Source of the DNA: an uncultured delta proteobacterium
Lineage (GTDB): Bacteria; Desulfobacterota; Syntrophobacteria; BM002
Reading direction: 5' to 3'
DNA: 64,000 nt
Assembly (NCBI GenBank): GCA_963712115.1
Contig: CAVQGX010000012.1
Span: forward strand, 1-64,000
Position numbers and translations under genes: made by a program
Notes under the pieces: generated by a model
Seen by the model: only the letters and a program-made list of their open reading frames with translations
Told to the model about the DNA's origin: nothing
The model's database searches: none
Shown: positions 30,416 to 40,249 of the stretch, one piece after another
How positions within the stretch are numbered: the first letter of the stretch is position 1
Layout: each line of letters starts with the position of its first letter

Positions 30416-30514
30416 AGGCGGAAATGAGATTGATAATTGCATTAATCTTATTACTCTATTTCGGAAGGCGGGAAATGAGATTGATAATTGCATTAATCTT
30501 ATTACTCTATTTCG
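30416..30514 (+). repeat. direct tandem duplication (~50 bp x2)
   Basis: GAAATGAGATTGATAATTGCATTAATCTTATTACTCTATTTCG twice, encoding MRLIIALILLLYF. Confidence 0.85.
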
Positions 30515-30968
30515 TTTCCTTTGAGGGGGTAAAGATGAAAAAATCTGCCTCGTTTTAATTACGCTAACGGTTATTTGGTGCGTTACAGGGCAAAAGGAGT
30601 GGAGGGAGGACCACCAGGGTTTTTCGGGTGGGGATACCAGGGATTCTTACACTGTTTCAGCAGAACCTAAATTTTCGGATGATCCACTGCTGGATAGTAT
30701 CTACCGGGCTCGGTACCTTGGTGTCTCGAAAGATGCGGCAAGTGTGAAAAGTAGGTTTCAGAGGTCAGATTGCTGATTTGGAATTTCGAATTTGGGATTT
30801 TTTAACTGATCGCTGATGGCTGAAAGCCTGTCCTGAGCGGAGTCGAAGGGCTGAAACCGTACTGGTAAAAGCCAAAAAAAAAGCTAATCTCCACCGGCAA
30901 AAACGGCTCAACAGGCCAACCGGTCAAACAGGCCACAGGCAGCAATAAACCATTTTAACCTACCTCGC

Positions 30969-31017
30969 AAAAAAATCCTTCCAATTGACCGGATGTGTCA
31001 AACCACAGTGCTATTGT
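30969..31017 (+). promoter_or_regulatory. repeated promoter/operator motif copy 2, upstream of ARPP-1-like gene
   Basis: AAAAAATCCTTCCAATTGAC-N7-GTCA; TGTCAA-N10-TATTGT. Confidence 0.65.
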
Positions 31018-31042
31018 GTAATCAAAGACAATAGAAAGGGGT

Positions 31043-32056
31043 GTGATATCTGTGCAAACAGTCATACAAAACTATCTGAATGAGGCCAAGATTGGGCGGA
31101 AGCAGTCGCACCGAAATCTGGCTATATTTCCGCTCTTGTCCAGCTACGCAGTGGGGTTGGAGTACATCACCCTGGACGAGGCTCTCTCGGAAGGTCTCAT
31201 CGAGGTGATGGAGAGAGATGAGGCGGGCTCCGTACCTGAACTGAAGGTGGTTAACAAATCTCCCTGCATGATCCTGATCCTGGATGGAGAGGAGTTGGTA
31301 GGGGCAAAGCAGAACCGGATCGTAAACACCACCATTTTGATCCAGGGCAAGACCAGCACGGTGATTCCGGTGAGCTGTGTGGAGCAGGGTAGGTGGGCGT
31401 ATGAGAGCCGGGCATTCAAGAGCGAGGAACGGCTAATGGCGGCACAGCTCAGGGCTAAAAAGTCCGAGCAGGTGCACAGATCCATTCGGAGATCTGATGG
31501 ATTTAGATCGGATCAGTCGGCAATTTGGAATGAGATCTCCAGCAAGGCGGCAAGGATGGAGGCTGACTCGCCCACCATGGCAATGTCGGAAATATATAGA
31601 AAAAAAAGGTCGTTACTTGCAGATTACGTCGAGCACTTCCGGCTAGTGGAGATGCAGGTTGGGGCTCTTTTTATGATTAACGGAAGAGTGGTGGGGTTGG
31701 ACACTTTTGGGAGAACTGAGACTTTCGGCAAAGTATTCAGGAAACTGATCGAGAGTTACGCTCTGGATGCTATTGATTGGTCAGAGCGGGAAAGTTCGGG
31801 GAGAACTCTCAAGAGCAACGTTACCAAGTTCCTGTGGGCGGCGAGCAATGCCACAGTGGAAAGCCACCGATCCGTCGGCCTAGGAACCGATATAAGGCTG
31901 GAGTCCAGGACACTCACAGGCTTTGCCCTGGCACACGAGGAGCAAATTCTTCACCTTTCCGTTTTTGCCAGGTGCAATGGGAGCAGTGTAGAGCGCTACA
32001 CTGCGAGGATGCAGAGATTTTCTAGCAGAAGGAGAGGCCGCCGCAGCGGCCAGTAG
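31043..32056 (+). CDS. ARPP-1/DUF6569-family protein
   Basis: LDGEELVGAKQNRIVNTTIL, IPVSCVEQGRW, DQSAIW motifs. Confidence 0.85.
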   Translation: MISVQTVIQNYLNEAKIGRKQSHRNLAIFPLLSSYAVGLEYITLDEALSEGLIEVMERDEAGSVPELKVVNKSPCMILILDGEELVGAKQNRIVNTTILIQGKTSTVIPVSCVEQGRWAYESRAFKSEERLMAAQLRAKKSEQVHRSIRRSDGFRSDQSAIWNEISSKAARMEADSPTMAMSEIYRKKRSLLADYVEHFRLVEMQVGALFMINGRVVGLDTFGRTETFGKVFRKLIESYALDAIDWSERESSGRTLKSNVTKFLWAASNATVESHRSVGLGTDIRLESRTLTGFALAHEEQILHLSVFARCNGSSVERYTARMQRFSSRRRGRRSGQ

Positions 32057-32287
32057 GCACTGGGCACCGAGTCCGCATAGCGCATGGCGCATCCTTCGAC
32101 AGGCTCAGGACAAGTAGGGCAGAGCGAAAGAACATGGAGCATGGGGCATAGGGTCAGAGGTCAGAAGTCAGAAATCAGAGGTCGGATTGTGGAATTGTTA
32201 GCGACAGCTGATCGCAGACGGCTGAATGAAACAGGCAAAACCGGCTCAACTGGCTAACCGGCTAAACAGTTAAAGGGCATGGGGCCC

Positions 32288-32347
32288 ACCATAACTTTGC
32301 CAGTAAGCCCTCGCCGATGGTGGTGCCCCGGACGGTGGGGGTTTTTT
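32288..32347 (+). terminator. 61-bp repeated hairpin/terminator element, copy 2
   Basis: Matches 27733-27793 with few substitutions; ends in T-run. Confidence 0.65.
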
Positions 32348-32434
32348 GTCTACTAATCCGCATGCATTCTGCTAAGATAGGGTTGTGATAAGTTGCAAAT
32401 AAACAGTTGGAACATAGATGCCGGACAGCAAATT

Positions 32435-32773
32435 ATGAGTCGAACGAAAGCATTTCTTATACATTTTTTCTCTGTATATACTTTCGCCATTGCATTATAT
32501 GTTTTTACATATTTTTCAATCGGTAAACTAGGTAGATTTTTTACGATTTATTTTTTAGATCTACCTAGGTTTTCTTATTTTTATCTTTCAAATATCATTC
32601 ATGGTCGTCCTATTTATTCACATTATTATATCTCGCTAACGCTGATCATATATTATTATCTCATTACCATACCGATATATTTTACTATTCGCCTTAAAAA
32701 AACTAGTTATCTTTGGCTTCAGTTGGCCATTTTTCTCCTACATTTCCTTGTTACCATTTTTATTTGGTATTAA
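32435..32773 (+). CDS. AT-rich membrane protein
   Basis: Three hydrophobic segments; markedly AT-rich codons. Confidence 0.5.
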   Translation: MSRTKAFLIHFFSVYTFAIALYVFTYFSIGKLGRFFTIYFLDLPRFSYFYLSNIIHGRPIYSHYYISLTLIIYYYLITIPIYFTIRLKKTSYLWLQLAIFLLHFLVTIFIWY

Positions 32774-32866
32774 CGAGGGAAGGGCTTTCAGCAGGCAGTT
32801 CTTCGAACAGGGGATTAGAGAATTAGAAAGTTAGCTCCAAGCATTCCACCACATAAGCCTGCACCA

Positions 32867-33220
32867 CTACACTTCTGCATCATCTGCTGGCAGACTTTTT
32901 TGTTTTTTCTTCTTTTTAGCTTTTTCTGGATCCGCTGATGCTTGTTTTCGTTTTTTTGAATCGGATTCTTCAGAGGCCATTTTTCTCTCGCGCTCCAGTT
33001 TCTGATGCTTTGCTTTCTCCCTCAATTTTAGGGTGGTATTTATCGTAGCAATTGCCCTTCTCGTCCTTTTCAGTTCAGCCCGCAAATGTTGAATGACCTT
33101 GTCATTTTCAATGCTTTTTTGCTCCAGGCCCTTCTCTAGCAATAATGTCTTTCTGGCAGCCAGTTGCTCTTTGAATTCCTGCTGCTGTCGCTCCTTAGTC
33201 TGTTTTTGTTTTGAGCCCAT
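32867..33220 (-). CDS. Lys-rich coiled-coil hypothetical protein
   Basis: AAGGAG RBS; intact ORF. Confidence 0.7.
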   Translation of the reverse strand: MGSKQKQTKERQQQEFKEQLAARKTLLLEKGLEQKSIENDKVIQHLRAELKRTRRAIATINTTLKLREKAKHQKLERERKMASEESDSKKRKQASADPEKAKKKKKQKSLPADDAEV

Positions 33221-33825
33221 TTGCTTCTGTACTCCTTTAATTCAGGTCCGACTGATTTGATCTTGTTAAGTTTGACCACGTTGCAGGTCATAGACTAAAG
33301 CAACTATTTCTCAGTTGACTGTTTCGCCCAGTTTTCCTGCCTATCAAGGCTGGCTTTTTCCATTTCACCTGGTTCGATCTTTAAGCTTTCAGGGAGTTCA
33401 AGTTCTTGCTCGGAGTGAGAAGAAGTGGTTGGTGTGCCGAAGCAGTCGGACAAGGGATAATCCTTGTCACATAGCCAACAGTGGGCCACGTTCTCGGCAG
33501 CGAACCAGGATATCTGTCGATGTCCCTGGGGACACTTCAAAGGATGTTGGAATAAGCTTCTGCTTCTCATGGGATCACTTTTCCTCTTTGGCCAGTGCTC
33601 ATAGGCGCAGATTTATCGGCAAAGATAATCCTACCTTCAATCTGGGTCAATCCTGGAAGTATCTCATAAACGCCTAAAAAACCTTAAAAAGACCATTTTT
33701 ACCGTCCTTAGCCGATGATCTTTTGGTGTCTCATTTCCGGGCAAAATCGTTCTCAAAAAAGCATCGATTTTTATAACAGGCTCCCACCTGAGATAATCAT
33801 CTCTCAATATTCATCCCTTGGACTC

Positions 33826-33841
33826 TGGTTCGATTTTTGCA
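33826..33841 (+). promoter_or_regulatory. sigma54 -24/-12 promoter
   Basis: TGGTTCGATTTTTGCA upstream of the MinD/FlhG-like ATPase. Confidence 0.5.
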
Positions 33842-33975
33842 TTTATTTTGGCGTTCCTTGGATGATTTCAATGAAAATAGGGTCAAATCTGAAGCGTTAG
33901 ATTTCCGTGGTTAAATGGCCAACAGTAAGAACTCTATCGAATCCTACAATGCACAGACCAACTTGTGAAAACCAG

Positions 33976-34911
33976 ATGAACAATAATAGCCGTATATATG
34001 CCGTCGGTGGAGGAAAGGGGGGAACTGGCAAGAGTTTCATAACGGCAAGTCTTGGCACGGTCCTGGCGCAACAGGGTAAAAAGGTGCTGCTGGTAGATTT
34101 AGATTTGGGGGCTTCGAACCTTCATACTTTTTTGGCCCTTGGCAAGCCTCAGATGAGCCTAAAGCAATATTTAAATAAGGAAGTTCATGATATTAACGAT
34201 ATTGTGATGCAGACAACTCAAGCAAATCTGTCAGTTATAAGTTCGTCTGGATGTTCACTGGAGATTGCTAATCTGTATTATGCCCAAAAAGCAAAACTGA
34301 TAAGGGCAATAAAAAAATTATCTTATGATTATCTTTTCATCGATTTAGGATCAGGGACTCATTATAATACGTTAGATTTTTATCTAATATCTAATGAAGG
34401 AATAATTATTACAACACCGGAGCCGATATCAGTCGAAAATATGTTTCGCTTTATGAAATCTATTTATCTAAGGAAAATTAAAGCAGTTCTTAAAAATAAT
34501 GGCCTAAATATAATTTGTCGAGAGTACCTCAATAGCGTTAACGATTCACAAATAAAATCATTCTCAGACATAATGAATTTTATAAGACAATATGATGCAG
34601 AAAATAGTGCAGATATAGAAAACTGTATTAAAGATCAAAAGATTGGATTAATCCTGAACCAGTTCAGATGGCAAGTAAATAAGAATTTCGGGCATGAGCT
34701 TACAAAGATCTGTAATAAACACCTGTATTTTAACTACCACTTCTTGGGAAATGTATCCTCAGATCACAAGATTGGTGATGCAACCATGAAGGATAGAGTA
34801 TTCGTCAATGAGTATGGTTATGCCAAGACAGCCAAAGAAATATTCAATATCGCCAGAGCAATAGTCGATGAAACTGACGAACCTGAATTGTCTTTGCCTT
34901 TAGTGTCATGA
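33976..34911 (+). CDS. MinD/FlhG-like P-loop ATPase
   Basis: GGGKGGTGKS, LLVDLDLGASNL, FIDLGSG, TTPEPIS. Confidence 0.88.
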   Translation: MNNNSRIYAVGGGKGGTGKSFITASLGTVLAQQGKKVLLVDLDLGASNLHTFLALGKPQMSLKQYLNKEVHDINDIVMQTTQANLSVISSSGCSLEIANLYYAQKAKLIRAIKKLSYDYLFIDLGSGTHYNTLDFYLISNEGIIITTPEPISVENMFRFMKSIYLRKIKAVLKNNGLNIICREYLNSVNDSQIKSFSDIMNFIRQYDAENSADIENCIKDQKIGLILNQFRWQVNKNFGHELTKICNKHLYFNYHFLGNVSSDHKIGDATMKDRVFVNEYGYAKTAKEIFNIARAIVDETDEPELSLPLVS

Positions 34912-35177
34912 GAAATTTTGAAGAGTTGAACTTTTACGAAATTTTAGAAATAACCATGGACGCATCTCCATTCAAAATCAAGAGGGCATACAAAAATGCT
35001 CTCGAGGTCTACGGTAAGGAGTCCTTGCTAACATATTCTCTCTTCAGTGAGGAGGAGAGGATCGATATTCTTAGAAGGATGGAGGATGCCTACAATACTT
35101 TAATCGATAGAAACAAGAGGACAGCATACGATGCATCATTGGGTGATAAATCTAGGGGCATAGAGCATGGAGCATAG
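34908..35177 (+). CDS. J-domain-like protein, probably truncated
   Basis: NFYEILEI...IKRAY...EDAYNTLID...RTAYD; no HPD; stop codon lies inside GGGCATAG repeats. Confidence 0.65.
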   Translation: MRNFEELNFYEILEITMDASPFKIKRAYKNALEVYGKESLLTYSLFSEEERIDILRRMEDAYNTLIDRNKRTAYDASLGDKSRGIEHGA

Positions 35178-35403
35178 AGCATGGGGTTTTGTCAATTAGT
35201 TGATTGGTTGATTAGAGAATTAGTTAATTCGTTAAAGTCGTTAAAATCGTTGAAGTCGTTCAAATCGTTCATACGAGTCACCGCTCACCGTTTACCGCTT
35301 ACTGCTGACTGCTTGCTTGTCCTGAGCGGAGTCGAAGGGCTGCTCGCTGTCAGCTGTCAGCTGCCGGCTGTCTTTTACCCTCTGCCCTATGCCCCATGCA
35401 CAG

Positions 35404-35640
35404 TTATCGGTACATGCTAAGAGATTCATTGAGTCTTTTTTCAATCTCTTTCAGTTTCTTCTTGAGCACATCTACCTTGGCTTTTAAATTCTCGTTTTCA
35501 GGATCAGATATACGGGCAGACTCAGCTTCCTGTAATTCTTTGCGGAACTCGAGATGCACCACTTCCAGGCGATGAATGTAATCTTTGATGATTTTATATT
35601 CCGGCCAATCATCAGTATCATCATAAAAGTACATTGACAT
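35404..35640 (-). CDS. small coiled-coil hypothetical protein
   Basis: Intact ORF; start uncertain. Confidence 0.55.
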   Translation of the reverse strand: MSMYFYDDTDDWPEYKIIKDYIHRLEVVHLEFRKELQEAESARISDPENENLKAKVDVLKKKLKEIEKRLNESLSMYR

Positions 35641-35896
35641 GACAGGCCCCTGTAGTCTTTTTGGTTTATCCTCTACTTCAGATAACTTAATCAAACAAAT
35701 ACCTTTGTCAACCAAGCTCCCAAAAACATTTGTGGACGTTCAGCAGGGTGAACGGCGGTTCGGTGGGGGCTTTTTTCTTCAATAAAAGGAGAGTTTCGTG
35801 GGTAGAGACCTAATCGTTAGTGGCAGGCTTTTCCGCTGGGCAATTCATGAAATATCCAGGCTAAGGCACTACAGTGCAATTTCTGCAACTGAAGAA

Positions 35897-36745
35897 ATGA
35901 GTTTAGAAGAAGATCTAAGAAGAGCGGCTGAAATTATCGGCAGTGCCGGTGCCCTACTCATCTGTGCCGGTGCAGGCATGGGCGTTGACTCGGGTCTGCC
36001 CGACTTTAGGGGAAATGAGGGGTTTTGGAGGGCATACCCGCCTATAGCGAGGTTGGGGAAATCTTTTGTTGAAATGGCGAATCCGGTGTGGTTCCAGCAC
36101 AACCCGAAGTTGGCATGGGCATTCTATGGGCACCGGTTGAATCTCTATCGAAGGACCACACCTCACAAAGGTTTTCGGCAATTACTGCAAATCGGCGAAC
36201 AGAAGCCAGGGGGATACTTCGTCTTCACTTCAAACGTGGACGGTCAGTTTCAAAAAGGAGGATACAGTACGAGTCAAATTGAGGAATGCCATGGGTCTAT
36301 TAACTACTTTCAATGTGTGCGGCCATGCAGCGACAACATTTGGGACGCCCGCGACATCGATGTTTTCGTAGATGAAGATCGTTTCGAAGCTTTGGAACCG
36401 CTGCCTAGATGCGAAAACTGCGGTAATGTGGCTCGCCCCAATATTCTGATGTTCGGTGATTGGGCATGGGTTGCAGCACGGACCTTGTTGCAGAGGAAGA
36501 GCCTGTCTACCTGGCTGGGAACCACATCTTTCAACAACCATCCATTGGCAGTGGTGGAAGTCGGTGCGGGCGAGGCAGTTGCCACTGTTCGTAACCAGGC
36601 GGAGCAGGTGGTAAGAAAATATAAGGCTCGGCTCATACGAATCAATCCACGGGATTACCAGGTTTCAGACAAAACACACGTCTCGCTTCCTTTGGGTGGC
36701 GCTGAGGCGTTGGAAGGGATTTCTCAACGACTCCAAGGGGAGTAG
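35897..36745 (+). CDS. Sir2-family NAD-dependent deacylase
   Basis: GAGMGVDSGLPDFRG, TSNVDG, ECHGS, zinc cysteines, RPNILMFGD, RINP. Confidence 0.92.
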   Translation: MSLEEDLRRAAEIIGSAGALLICAGAGMGVDSGLPDFRGNEGFWRAYPPIARLGKSFVEMANPVWFQHNPKLAWAFYGHRLNLYRRTTPHKGFRQLLQIGEQKPGGYFVFTSNVDGQFQKGGYSTSQIEECHGSINYFQCVRPCSDNIWDARDIDVFVDEDRFEALEPLPRCENCGNVARPNILMFGDWAWVAARTLLQRKSLSTWLGTTSFNNHPLAVVEVGAGEAVATVRNQAEQVVRKYKARLIRINPRDYQVSDKTHVSLPLGGAEALEGISQRLQGE

Positions 36746-36777
36746 GAGCAGCAAACTCGATTCAGCAAAGGGTTAGT

Positions 36778-37746
36778 ATGAAGAACAAATTTATGCCACG
36801 GCCGAAAATTATGCTGTCCTTTTTCGCTACCTTCTGCGCCATAGCCGTTACTTTTATTTCTCTTTGTTCACCATGTGGAGCCGAAGAATCAGACACTGCA
36901 GGGGATGAACCTAGTGAGGCAGTTTCGACACAGGAAGACACCTCAGGAGAGGAGAAAGAGTCTGCCATTAGACGGGGGGAAAGAAAGGAGAAAAGGATAG
37001 GAGATGGCGTCTTTTCATTGAGCAGCCATCGGCAAAATTATTTTCTTCCTCTTACCTATAACAGCAATCCGAACAGGGACACCTATGATGCTGCTGGTGA
37101 AAATAAGCCAGGTAATATTGAGGTGAAATTTCAGCTCAGCTTCAAGGTGCTGCTGTGGGAGAAAATATTCTGGGACAAAGGTGACCTATTTTTCGGTTAT
37201 ACGCAGCTTTCTTTCTGGCAGCTTTACGATAAGAAATTGTCTTCACCTTTTAGAGAGACCAACTACGAACCGGAGGTATTTTTCAAATTTGATACGGATT
37301 TCAATGTTTTTGGACTCACAAACCGGTTCATTACCGTCGGACTTAACCACGAATCAAACGGAAAGAGTGGAGATCTTTCACGAAGCTGGAACCGCATATT
37401 TGCCGTCATTGCCGCCGACCGAGGAAACTTTGCCATCGCACTAAAACCCTGGTACCGGATTCCTGAGGATGATGATGACGATGACAATCCAAATATTGAA
37501 AAGTATATGGGATACGGTGAACTCTTTGGCGCATATCGGCTGAAAGGGCACGTTTTTTCGTTCATGCTGCGAAACAATCTGCGGCAAAATAATAGGGGAG
37601 CTGTGGAGGTCGGATGGAGCTATCCAATTACGTCTAACCTGAGGCTATACGGCCAGTACTTTAACGGCTATGGAGAGAGTCTGGTCGACTACGATCACAG
37701 CATAAATCGTATCGGTGTTGGTGTGATGCTGAACGACTGGCTTTAA
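36778..37746 (+). CDS. pldA: outer-membrane phospholipase A1
   Basis: EVKFQLSFK, PFRETNYEPE, HESNG...SRSWNR, YFNGYGESLVDY. Confidence 0.92.
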   Translation: MKNKFMPRPKIMLSFFATFCAIAVTFISLCSPCGAEESDTAGDEPSEAVSTQEDTSGEEKESAIRRGERKEKRIGDGVFSLSSHRQNYFLPLTYNSNPNRDTYDAAGENKPGNIEVKFQLSFKVLLWEKIFWDKGDLFFGYTQLSFWQLYDKKLSSPFRETNYEPEVFFKFDTDFNVFGLTNRFITVGLNHESNGKSGDLSRSWNRIFAVIAADRGNFAIALKPWYRIPEDDDDDDNPNIEKYMGYGELFGAYRLKGHVFSFMLRNNLRQNNRGAVEVGWSYPITSNLRLYGQYFNGYGESLVDYDHSINRIGVGVMLNDWL

Positions 37747-37927
37747 CCCGGATGTTTCATGAATCGCTCGCTGCGACCCTGGATATGGCCGTCCTTCCAG
37801 GCGTCCTCGGGTGTCGACTCCTGCGACGTACCGTTCAGGTACGCCTCGGAACCAACACCCTGTGGTTCCCCGGTGGCACGCCCATCTTCACGGTCTCGCA
37901 ACAGCAATTCATGAAACATCCGGGTTA
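37744..37927. mobile_element. MITE-like palindromic element (184 bp)
   Basis: Perfect 21-bp terminal inverted repeats TAACCCGGATGTTTCATGAAT / ATTCATGAAACATCCGGGTTA; internal nested stems. Confidence 0.7.
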
Positions 37928-38397
37928 GAGATTTTTTGATTTTGGATTTCGGATTTTTTAGCTGATCGCTCAGGGCAGGCCATTCGGCAAGCTCCCGGCG
38001 CCTAGGCGTGGGACAGATCTTCCGCTAGCCCTGTTGAATTCCGCTCCGCGGACCCACCGAAGGTGGGATTCAACAGGGCAGGTCACTCAGAAGAGACATC
38101 AGCAAAGGCCAAAAGGGGAGGCTGCGAAACAATGAGCATCTGAGCAACCTATCCTTACGAATCTCAGCCTCGAAAGGGTTTGCATGAAGATGTGGTGCTT
38201 GCTCAACAGGAACTCTGCCAATAAATGGCGCGAATATGATCATTGTGGAGTAGCTTTCCCGTGGCCTATGTCACAAGAATATTTTTGGGAAAACTCCTGG
38301 TTTCATCCTGATTGACTTCCTCGCCTGAATAAGATAGATGATCAGATTCCCCCGCGATCGATGCCGTCCGATCTTCGGGGGTGGAAGATGGAGAACT

Positions 38398-40203
38398 ATG
38401 ATCCAGACCCGCAACTTCAGCATCATCGCCCACATCGATCACGGCAAGTCCACCCTGGCCGATCGCTTCATCCAGTACGCCGGCCTGGTAAGCGACAGGG
38501 ACTTCCGGGACCAGGTCCTGGACACTATGGATCTAGAGCGTGAACGGGGCATTACCATCAAGAGCCACACTATCACCCTGCCATACACCAGCCGGGCCGG
38601 GCAAGACTTCGAGCTCAACCTGATCGACACCCCCGGACACGTGGACTTCTCCTATGAAGTGTCCCGGGCCCTGACCTCCTGCGAGGGAGTGCTCTTGCTG
38701 GTGGACGCATCCCAGGGGGTGGAGGCCCAGACCGTGGCCAACGCCTACCTGGCCATGGAACAAGACCTCACCATCATCCCGGTGATCAACAAGATCGATT
38801 TACCCTCCGCTGACGTAGAGCGAGCCAAGCTAGAGATAGACAGGGAACTCGGCCTTGACCCGGAAGAGGCCGTCCTCTGCTCCGCCAAGGAAGGGTTGGG
38901 CATCGAGGAGATCCTCGAGGCCATCGTGAACCGGATCCCGCCCCCGAAGGGCAGCGTGGACAAGCCGCTCTCTGCAATCATCTTTGACGCCAGCTACGAC
39001 CCCTTCCGGGGAGCGGTCATCAGCTGCCGCGTCTTTGACGGCACGGTGAGGGTGGGAGACACCATCCGGCTCATGTCCAACAAGGCAACGTACAGGGTTG
39101 AAGAGGTGGGTATCTTTCGCCTGCGGCGGGAGCCGCGGCGCGAACTTCCAGCAGGCACGGCGGGCTACATCATCTGCGGAATCAAGACGGTGAGCGCCAC
39201 CCGCATTGGCGACACCATCACCCTCGACGCCGACCCGGCTCCTGAACCCCTGCCCGGGTTCAGGCGGGTGAAGCCGGTGGTCTTTTCCTCCCTGTACCCC
39301 ATCTCCTCGGACGACTACCATGGGCTCGCCGAGGCGCTGGAGAAATACGTGCTCAACGATGCCGCCCTGGTCTACCAGAAGGACTCCTCAGCGGCCATGG
39401 GGCAGGGTTTCCGCTGCGGCTTCCTGGGATTGCTCCACCTGGAGATCGTCCAGCAAAGGCTTGAACGGGAGTACGATCAGGCCATTATCATGACCGTGCC
39501 CAGTGTGGAGTACCGTTTCACCCTCAGGGGAGGCGCGACGGTCACTGTGGACAACCCGCAGTACTACCCGGATCCGTCCATGATCGAACGGGCCGAGGAA
39601 CCCTACATCAAGGCGAGCATCTTTACCCCCGAGCAATACATGGGCGCGGTGATGCAACTCTGCACGGAGCGGAGGGGCCTGAATCCCCGGTTCAGTTACC
39701 CCGCACCGGGGAAAATGGAGATCACCTTTGAGGTACCTCTTGCCGAGGTGATCTACGACTTTTACGATCGACTGAAGACCGTCACCCGGGGGTACGGATC
39801 TTTTGACTACGAGCTCATCGGCTACCGGGAGAGCCAGTTGGTGAAGCTGGACATCCTGGTGAACGGCGAGAAGGTGGACGCACTCGCCGGTATAGTCTAC
39901 CATGAACGTGCCCGGAAGTTGGCGGTGCAGCTGTGCGATCGGCTCAAGGAGGAGATCCCCAGACACCAGTTCAAAATCGCCATACAGGGGGCCGTCGGCG
40001 GCAAGATCATCGCCCGCTCGACCGTCAACGCCTTCCGTAAGGACGTGACTGCCAAGCTCTACGGCGGCGACGTCACCCGCAAGCGCAAACTTCTGGAGAA
40101 GCAGAAGAAGGGCAAGAAGCGCATGAAGATGGTGGGCGCCGTAATGATTCCGCAGCAAGCCTTTGTGGCGGTTCTGAAGTCAGACAAAGACTGCGGATTT
40201 TAG
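38398..40203 (+). CDS. lepA: translation elongation factor 4
   Basis: RNFSIIAHIDHGKSTLADR, GFRCGFLGLLH, RKDVTAKLYGGDVTRKRKLLEKQK. Confidence 0.97.
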   Translation: MIQTRNFSIIAHIDHGKSTLADRFIQYAGLVSDRDFRDQVLDTMDLERERGITIKSHTITLPYTSRAGQDFELNLIDTPGHVDFSYEVSRALTSCEGVLLLVDASQGVEAQTVANAYLAMEQDLTIIPVINKIDLPSADVERAKLEIDRELGLDPEEAVLCSAKEGLGIEEILEAIVNRIPPPKGSVDKPLSAIIFDASYDPFRGAVISCRVFDGTVRVGDTIRLMSNKATYRVEEVGIFRLRREPRRELPAGTAGYIICGIKTVSATRIGDTITLDADPAPEPLPGFRRVKPVVFSSLYPISSDDYHGLAEALEKYVLNDAALVYQKDSSAAMGQGFRCGFLGLLHLEIVQQRLEREYDQAIIMTVPSVEYRFTLRGGATVTVDNPQYYPDPSMIERAEEPYIKASIFTPEQYMGAVMQLCTERRGLNPRFSYPAPGKMEITFEVPLAEVIYDFYDRLKTVTRGYGSFDYELIGYRESQLVKLDILVNGEKVDALAGIVYHERARKLAVQLCDRLKEEIPRHQFKIAIQGAVGGKIIARSTVNAFRKDVTAKLYGGDVTRKRKLLEKQKKGKKRMKMVGAVMIPQQAFVAVLKSDKDCGF

Positions 40204-40249
40204 ATGCAGATTCAGTCGCCCGCTCCACCATGTAGCTTTATACTAACTA

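Noticed and set aside
30416-30514. Possible CRISPR array
   Set aside because: Only two adjacent copies with no unique spacer, encoding a signal-peptide-like start; no cas genes seen
35181-35420. ORFs made of repeat mosaics (also 26938-27292, 43703-43902, 50381-50692, 55397-55582)
   Set aside because: Translations of short DNA repeats (e.g. SLKSLKS, ISDFGF); not credible proteins
23061-36745. TIR plus Sir2 as a Thoeris system
   Set aside because: 12 kb apart with housekeeping genes between; the sirtuin is a classical zinc-binding deacylase and the TIR lacks the catalytic Glu
39388-40158. Long antisense ORFs over lepA, typA, tex and glgB
   Set aside because: Shadow frames of GC-rich well-supported genes
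40210-40230. CGCCCGCTCCACCA as tmRNA/tRNA 3' fragment after lepA
   Set aside because: Too short and lacks an intact T-arm
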